Assembly (NCBI GenBank): GCA_963765675.1
Contig: CAVXXK010000001.1
Coordinates: forward strand, 1,536,001-1,600,000
Source of the DNA: an uncultured delta proteobacterium
GTDB lineage: Bacteria; Desulfobacterota; Binatia; Binatales; Binataceae
Direction: 5' to 3'
Length of the DNA: 64,000 bases
Shown here in pieces: positions 58,103 to 64,000 of the stretch. Numbering within the stretch: the first letter of the stretch is position 1; every line of letters begins with the position of its first letter. The notes beneath the pieces were generated by a model, which was given only the letters and a program-made list of their open reading frames with translations, made no database searches and was not told the origin of the DNA. The translations under genes and the position numbers were made by a program.

Positions 58103-59665
58103 ATGGCGCTCGAGGTAAAGCTCGGACAGAATCTGCAGCTCCGCCAGCAACTGGTGATGACCCCCCAGTTGCAGCAGGCGATCAAGATTCTGCAACTCTC
58201 GCTCCCGGAACTTGAAACGATCGTGCAATCGGAACTCGAGCAGAATCCGATGCTCGAGCCGCTCGATCAGAGCCCGGCCGAAGCCGCCGGCGACACCCCG
58301 ATACCCGACGAAGACAGCGTTCCGCCCGAGCCCGATCGTGCGGAGGCCGAAGTCTCGCCCCCCGGCGACGAGCCAATCGACGACTGGGAGCCGGGTGCGG
58401 GCGCTCCTGAAGAGCCGATCCGGCCACTCGAGACCGAATCGCACGACGCCGCGATCGAGATGCGCGACAACGACGGACTCGAAAAGCTCGACTGGCGCGA
58501 ATACCTGGAGACCTACTCGAACAACTGGCAGGAAAGCGCGCCGCCCGACAACGACGACGACCATCGCAGCGCCCTCGAAAACACCGCCCTGCGCCGCGGA
58601 TCGATCGAAGACCATCTGATGTGGCAGCTTCGGATGTCCAACCTCTCCGAGCCCGACCAGCTAATCGGCGCCACGATCATCTACAACCTGAACGACGACG
58701 GCTATCTCGAAACCCCTCTCGAGGAGCTGGCCACGCAGCTCGAAACCACCGCTGCTGAGGTCGAGCGTGTACTGAAAGGCGTGCAGCGTTTCGATCCGCC
58801 GGGGGTAGCGGCGCGCAATCTCCGCGAATCCCTGCTCATCCAGCTCGCGAACCTGGGCATGGAGGATTCGCTGTCCGCAAAGATGGTCAGCGAGCATCTC
58901 GATCTGCTGGAAAAGCATCGCTACGGCGAAATCGCCAAGCAGCTCGGCGTCACAGTCGAGATGATCGGGCAGGCGCACAAGATTATCGCGCTGCTCGAAC
59001 CCAAGCCGGGGCGCGACTACGGCGGCGCGGAACCGACCTACGTCGTCCCCGACGTATATATCCACAAGCTCGGCGAAGACTACATGGTGACGCTAAATCG
59101 CGATGCGGTTCCGCGCCTGCGGATCGCAGGCTACTACCAGCGCGTGATGAACGACGTCAATTCGGCGCCGGAAACGCGCGAGTACCTGCAGGAGCGGCTG
59201 CGCTCGGCCAAGTGGCTGGTCAAGTCGATCTACCAGCGCCAGCAAACCATCTTCAAGGTCGCCAACTCGATCGTGAAGTTCCAGCGCGCATTCTTCGATC
59301 ACGGGGTTAGTCATCTAAAGCCCCTGGTGCTGAAGGACGTGGCCGAAGATATCGGGATGCACGAGTCGACCATCAGCAGGGCCACCGCGAACAAATATGC
59401 GCATACGCCGCAAGGCATCTTCGAGCTCAAGTTTTTCTTCACCTCGGGGGTCAAGGGTTCCTCCGGAGAAGACGTCAGCGCCGAAACTGTGAAGGAGAAA
59501 ATTCGCGAACTGGTCTCCGCCGAGGAACCGAATAATCCGCTTTCGGACCAGGCGATTGCCGAGATGCTGCGCGTGCGCCAGATCAATATCGCGCGGCGCA
59601 CGGTTGCCAAGTACCGGCAGGCGCTCGGAATCCTGCCCTCGGCGAACCGCAAACAGGTCGGATGA
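58103..59665 (+). CDS. rpoN: RNA polymerase sigma-54 factor
   Basis: MTPQLQQAIKILQL, HESTISRAT, PLSDQ, RpoN box ARRTVAKYR. Confidence 0.98.
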   Translation: MALEVKLGQNLQLRQQLVMTPQLQQAIKILQLSLPELETIVQSELEQNPMLEPLDQSPAEAAGDTPIPDEDSVPPEPDRAEAEVSPPGDEPIDDWEPGAGAPEEPIRPLETESHDAAIEMRDNDGLEKLDWREYLETYSNNWQESAPPDNDDDHRSALENTALRRGSIEDHLMWQLRMSNLSEPDQLIGATIIYNLNDDGYLETPLEELATQLETTAAEVERVLKGVQRFDPPGVAARNLRESLLIQLANLGMEDSLSAKMVSEHLDLLEKHRYGEIAKQLGVTVEMIGQAHKIIALLEPKPGRDYGGAEPTYVVPDVYIHKLGEDYMVTLNRDAVPRLRIAGYYQRVMNDVNSAPETREYLQERLRSAKWLVKSIYQRQQTIFKVANSIVKFQRAFFDHGVSHLKPLVLKDVAEDIGMHESTISRATANKYAHTPQGIFELKFFFTSGVKGSSGEDVSAETVKEKIRELVSAEEPNNPLSDQAIAEMLRVRQINIARRTVAKYRQALGILPSANRKQVG

Positions 59666-60123
59666 AAACTTCCGCCCAAACGCGAGGCCGTATGCAAGAT
59701 AAACAAACCCAAGGAAAGCGCAGCCGTGCCGCAGTTCGGAAAACCCGGCGTACCGCCCGAATTGGCAGAGCTGTACCGACGACCGTAACTGTGACCTTTC
59801 GTCACGTCGAACCCACCGATGCGCTCAGGCTCTATGCCGAACGCAAGCTGGCTCATCTCGGAAAATACGCCAAGCAGGCCTGCGCCGCGCATCTAATCCT
59901 GTCGGTTGACAAATATCGCCAGCACGGTGAAGTTACTGTCCAATCGGGGCGTATCTCCGTGACCGCCGAGCAGGAATCGAAGGATCTTTACTCGGTAATC
60001 GATCAGCTCGCGGACATCGCGGGGCGCCAGTTGAAGCGGCATATCGAAAAAAATACCGCGCGCAAAGTGCGTTCGCCCTCGACCGGCGAGGTCTTGAGCG
60101 CGGCCGAAGAGATAAAACCCTAG
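59662..60123 (+). CDS. hpf: Ribosome hibernation promoting factor (HPF/RaiA), short form with basic N-terminal extension
   Basis: VTFRHVEPTDALRLYAERKL, DLYSVID, RQLKRH; follows rpoN; start uncertain. Confidence 0.85.
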   Translation: MKTSAQTRGRMQDKQTQGKRSRAAVRKTRRTARIGRAVPTTVTVTFRHVEPTDALRLYAERKLAHLGKYAKQACAAHLILSVDKYRQHGEVTVQSGRISVTAEQESKDLYSVIDQLADIAGRQLKRHIEKNTARKVRSPSTGEVLSAAEEIKP

Positions 60124-60211
60124 GCGAGCGTAACCGCCGGCCGCGCATGAGGATCATTTCGCCGGAAAAGTCTGTCGATAGGAAGATTCGCTCCAAGAAA
60201 AAGACATCCTG

Positions 60212-60673
60212 ATGAAGATCACCGAAATTCTGAGCTCCGAGATGGTTCTGCCCGACCTTAAGGGAAACACCAAACCCGAAGTGCTGGGCGAGTTGGCGGC
60301 GGCGCTCTCCGCACAGTACTCGGAGATCAAACTGGCCGACCTGACTGCCGTGCTGCTCGAGCGCGAACGGCTGGGCTCGACCGCGATCGGCGACGGAATC
60401 GCGATCCCGCACGGCAAACTTCCGCGGGTCACGAAAATCCTGGGCGCCTTCGGGCGGCATCGCGCTGGGGTCGACTTCGAATCGCTCGACGGGAATCCAA
60501 CCCAGTTGTTTTTCGTGCTGGTCGCACCCGAAGACTCGGCGAGCCTGCACTTAAAAGCGCTGGCGCGGGTTTCGCGTCTGCTCAAGGACGATACCTTCCG
60601 CACCCATCTGATTTCGGCGGCCGGCGCGGCCGAGATCTTCAAATTGATTCGGGACGAGGACGCGAAGTACTGA
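60212..60673 (+). CDS. ptsN: PTS IIA(Ntr)-like protein
   Basis: RERLGSTAIGDGIAIPH, FESLDG, HLKALARVSR. Confidence 0.93.
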   Translation: MKITEILSSEMVLPDLKGNTKPEVLGELAAALSAQYSEIKLADLTAVLLERERLGSTAIGDGIAIPHGKLPRVTKILGAFGRHRAGVDFESLDGNPTQLFFVLVAPEDSASLHLKALARVSRLLKDDTFRTHLISAAGAAEIFKLIRDEDAKY

Positions 60674-60713
60674 CCCGAGCGCGTAAGTTTGCCCCGCGCC
60701 CGGTCGGAGCACG

Positions 60714-61595
60714 ATGGCGCAAAACCCATCTGGAAAACCGCGGCTAATCATCGTAACCGGAGTCTCGGGTTCTGGGCGCGCGTCCGCGATGCGCGTGCTC
60801 GAGGACTTGGATTTCTATTGCGTCGACAATCTGCCGGTTGCGCTCGTGCCGGAAGTGCTGCGTCTGGCCGCGGGACTCGACCCGAGCCTGGCTGGAGTGG
60901 CGCTCGGAATCGACGCGCGCGAGCGGCTGTTCTTTCCGCAGTGGCCGCGCGTGTTCTCCGAACTGGAAGCCGAGGGCGTGCATCCCGAGATTATTTTTCT
61001 CGACGCCTCCGACGAGGTGCTCGCGCGACGCTATTCCGAATCGCGCCGGCCGCATCCGCTGGCCGAGAGCGGCTCGACCGTCGCCGAGAGTATCGGGCGC
61101 GAGCGCCTCGCACTGGCCGAGATGCGCGATCGCTCGAGCCGGGTTATCGATACCACCACGCTCACGGTGCACGAACTGCGCGAAGTCGTGATGGCGATGG
61201 TGCTGGGCGCGGCGGCGGGCTCGCGAATGGCGATCTCGATCGTCTCGTTCGGTTACAAATACGGAGCGCCGGTCGGAATGGATATCATCCTCGACGTGCG
61301 CTTCATTCCGAATCCGTTTTTTGTGCCGGAGCTGCGCCCGCTCGATGGGACCGACCCGCGCGTTCGCGACTACGTGATGGCGCAAGCGGACGCGCAAAAG
61401 TTTATCGACGAGACCGCGCGCCTGCTCGACTTCCTGATTCCGCTCTACCGGCGCGAGGGCAAGAGCTATCTGACCGTGGCCCTGGGATGCACCGGCGGGC
61501 GGCATCGCTCGCCCGTGCTCGCCCGCGCAATCGCAGAGCGCCTGCGCCAAAACGGATTCGATGCGACCGTCCGCGACGCGCATATCGCGCGATAG
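60714..61595 (+). CDS. rapZ: RNase adapter RapZ family protein
   Basis: GVSGSGR, YCVDNLP, SRRPHPL, SFGYKYG, DVRFIPNPFF, GCTGGRHRS. Confidence 0.95.
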   Translation: MAQNPSGKPRLIIVTGVSGSGRASAMRVLEDLDFYCVDNLPVALVPEVLRLAAGLDPSLAGVALGIDARERLFFPQWPRVFSELEAEGVHPEIIFLDASDEVLARRYSESRRPHPLAESGSTVAESIGRERLALAEMRDRSSRVIDTTTLTVHELREVVMAMVLGAAAGSRMAISIVSFGYKYGAPVGMDIILDVRFIPNPFFVPELRPLDGTDPRVRDYVMAQADAQKFIDETARLLDFLIPLYRREGKSYLTVALGCTGGRHRSPVLARAIAERLRQNGFDATVRDAHIAR

Positions 61596-61607
61596 ATCCC
61601 GCGAGCG

Positions 61608-62393
61608 CTAGTTCATTATCGAGCCGGCATCGACGTTGAGCGTCTGCCCGGTCATTCCTGCGGCGGCGTCGGTCACCAGGAAGAGCGAGACGCGGGCTAC
61701 TTCCGCTTCGGTCGCCATCCTGTTCATCGCGGCTTGCGACAGGAACTGTCCGCGCACCTGCTCGTAGGGAACCTTGAGCGCTTCGGCGCGCGCGCGCATC
61801 ACGCGTTCGATCCGCTCGCCCTCGATCGCGCCCGGGCAGATACAGTTGCATCGGATTCCGCGCGCACCCCATTCCGCCGCGACGGTTTGCGTCAGTCCGA
61901 TCATTGCCCATTTCGCCGCCGCGTACGGCGAGCGCATCGGATAGCCGCGGCGTCCCGCACCCGACGAGATGTTGAGGATATTGCCGCCGCGCTGCGTGTC
62001 CATCGTGGGCAACACCGCGCGGGTCGCTAGCCACGTGCCGGTCAGGTCGATATCGATGGTTTCCTGCCATTCCGCTAGCGACATATCGGTGATGCGCTTG
62101 GTCGGCCCGGAGATGCCTGCATTATTAACCAGGATATCGATTCGTCCGCCGAACGCCTTGCGAGTTTCGTCAGCCATTCTGGCGCAGTGCGCTTCTTTGG
62201 AGACATCGGTCTCGACGAAGTTAGCGGCTGCGCCGAGTTTCTTTAGCGCCTCGACGGTGTCCTGCATCGGCTTTAGTGACCGCGCGGCGATCATGATCTT
62301 CGCTCCGGCTCGTGCGTATGCGAGCGCGATCTCCTTGCCGATCCCGTAACCGCCGCCGGTGATGATCGCGACCTTGTCTTTGAGTTCGTTCAT
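61608..62393 (-). CDS. SDR family oxidoreductase
   Basis: TGGGYGIG, NNAG, YAAAK, NCICPG. Confidence 0.95.
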   Translation of the reverse strand: MNELKDKVAIITGGGYGIGKEIALAYARAGAKIMIAARSLKPMQDTVEALKKLGAAANFVETDVSKEAHCARMADETRKAFGGRIDILVNNAGISGPTKRITDMSLAEWQETIDIDLTGTWLATRAVLPTMDTQRGGNILNISSGAGRRGYPMRSPYAAAKWAMIGLTQTVAAEWGARGIRCNCICPGAIEGERIERVMRARAEALKVPYEQVRGQFLSQAAMNRMATEAEVARVSLFLVTDAAAGMTGQTLNVDAGSIMN

Positions 62394-62547
62394 GGCGCTC
62401 CTCGATTGAATTGCTGATTGTTTTGCGGAATTTTTACGAGTTTAATTCGATCCGCGCCGCGCGACAACGATCGCGATACTACCGCGTGGCGCCGCATGTT
62501 CGCGCTTGTCTCAGCGCCGCAGCGCCTCGTATCATAGGCCTTACTTG

Positions 62548-63258
62548 ATGGCAGCAGTAAGCCCGATCGGAAATCCCTCGCAGAAGCCCAGCGGCCCAAG
62601 CTCGCTGTGGCTCAATCTCGTCAAGATCGCGATCCTCGTGATCCTGGTCGGCGGATCGGTGTGGCTGCTGCTCGAGCACATGGAATGGTTCCGCGATCCG
62701 GCGCAGATCAAGGTCGAGGTTCTGCAAACCGGCGTCTGGGCGCCGATCGTGTACATGCTGCTGTACGCGGTAGGGCCGTCGTTCCTTGTGCCGGGCGCGG
62801 TGATGACGATTGCGGGCGGGCTCGCGTTCGGAACCGCGTGGGGCTCTGTCTATTCACTGATCGGCGCCGACGTGGGCGCGGTGGTCGCGTTCGGTGCGGG
62901 TCGATTTCTGGGACGCTCGTTCGTCGAAAAATTTGTCGGCGACAGGTTTCAGACCACACTCGAGAAAATCGCGCGCAATGGTTTTCAGATCATCCTGTAC
63001 CTGCGGATCGTCCCGGTGATTCCGTACAACGCGCTCAACCTGATCGCGGGCGCCTCGCCGATCACTTTCAGGGATTACTTCTGGGCCAGCATGATCGGGA
63101 TGGTTCCGGGCACGATCCTGTTCGCGTTCCTGGGCGACGCGCTATGGCATCCACTGTCCTGGCGCTTTGTGCTGGCGCTCGCGCTGATCGCGGCGTCGGT
63201 AGGATGCGGCGAGCTCTGGCGGCGATGGTCGCAGAATAGAATCGCGCCGATAATTTAA
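62548..63258 (+). CDS. TVP38/TMEM64 (DedA/VTT) membrane protein
   Basis: VPGAVMTIAGGLAFG, RFLGR, LRIVPVIPYNALN, GMVPG. Confidence 0.9.
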   Translation: MAAVSPIGNPSQKPSGPSSLWLNLVKIAILVILVGGSVWLLLEHMEWFRDPAQIKVEVLQTGVWAPIVYMLLYAVGPSFLVPGAVMTIAGGLAFGTAWGSVYSLIGADVGAVVAFGAGRFLGRSFVEKFVGDRFQTTLEKIARNGFQIILYLRIVPVIPYNALNLIAGASPITFRDYFWASMIGMVPGTILFAFLGDALWHPLSWRFVLALALIAASVGCGELWRRWSQNRIAPII

Positions 63259-63280
63259 GAAGCGCGCTTAGCCTCGCGGC

Positions 63281-63448
63281 TTATCGGCACATTCCATCTG
63301 GCTGAAGGGTTGAACCCGCGGGGCACGAGGTGGTGGTCGTCGTTGTGGTCTGCTGCGAGGTTTGCGGCTCGGTTTCGAAAACTCCACATCCCGCCAGCAG
63401 GGTTGCCGCGAGAATCAACGCGCTAAGTAGTTTAATTTTGTCTCTCAC
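63281..63448 (-). CDS. Small lipoprotein with Thr linker and C-terminal Cys pair
   Basis: GAGAGG RBS, GTG start, lipobox LAGC, TTTTTTTSCPAGSTLQPDGMCR. Confidence 0.75.
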   Translation of the reverse strand: MRDKIKLLSALILAATLLAGCGVFETEPQTSQQTTTTTTTSCPAGSTLQPDGMCR

Positions 63449-63654
63449 GATCAACCTCTCGAGCTTGTTTGAGCTCTCGCCCGCTTCGGGCAACGCCCGC
63501 AGCGCAAAGCGCGCCGCTCTTTGACTTCTATCGCCTTCCCGAGATCGGTTGAATCAAGAACAGCGACAAAGCCTCGGTCCGGTTCTCCAGAGAACAGCAG
63601 GTGCGGTTATACTTGCCCGGCGAGAACTCTGCTGCGCCTCCACCGACGAGAGGA

Positions 63655-64000
63655 TCACGAGACGAAAGCTGATTGTGACGAGCCGCGCCCGCGACTGTTG
63701 CGCAACGGCCGTCCACGCCGATGCGATGTCGAGCGTGGGACGAAATCGATCTTTAGGCTCGCGCCTAGCGCTCGCGCGGTCCTTGCGAGCGTCTTTAGGG
63801 TCAGATTGTTGAGTTTGCCCGATTCGATTTGCGCGATCATCGGCTGACTGACGCCTGAACGCCGAGCCAGCGCGGCCTGAGTAAGTCCGCGGCGTTTGCG
63901 CAATGCGGCGATTTTGTGTTCGATCAGAATCTGAGCCAATTCGTCATCGACTTCACGACGAAGACCAAGCTCATTGACCTTTTTTTCGAGCAATGCCAGC
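63655..64000 (-). CDS. XRE/HigA-like HTH protein (5' end probably outside the window)
   Basis: LRKRRGLTQAALARRSGVSQPMIAQIESG..NLTLKTL..ALG. Confidence 0.85.
   Translation of the reverse strand, partial: LALLEKKVNELGLRREVDDELAQILIEHKIAALRKRRGLTQAALARRSGVSQPMIAQIESGKLNNLTLKTLARTARALGASLKIDFVPRSTSHRRGRPLRNSRGRGSSQSAFVS

Overview
High-GC bacterial chromosomal window, mostly housekeeping and metabolic genes. It looks like an uncultured soil diderm of delta-proteobacterial type, possibly Binatia (inference only). No rRNA, tRNA, CRISPR array, prophage or intact transposase was seen. Content in order: a molybdenum-hydroxylase/LLM/amidase catabolic operon; a rhodanese gene with an in-frame TGA (probable selenoprotein); a ppx-TMK-like-TMK-like-CHAD-sixA polyphosphate operon; a GNAT/DUF1778 toxin-antitoxin pair; a peptide ABC transporter; an LvaAB-like pair; mtnA; a candidate nucleoid protein; an RRM protein; rsmD-coaD; a partial complex I operon (nuoE-H-J-K-L-M-N); small exported Ala/Pro/Ser-rich proteins; kdsB-pyrG(frameshift)-kdsA-lptC-lptA-rpoN-hpf-ptsN-rapZ with no lptB; and three REP-like intergenic clusters. 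The best candidate for an undescribed system is the divergent tandem thymidylate-kinase-fold pair, one with an intact P-loop and one with Lys->Arg, which sits among polyphosphate genes in the position where a polyphosphate kinase is usually found. Other highlights are the Sec-rhodanese with a SECIS-like hairpin, a 41-aa Arg/Lys-rich ORF missed by the ORF track, and two conserved genes that appear to start at CTG. All protein calls come from motif recognition by eye, without database searches.
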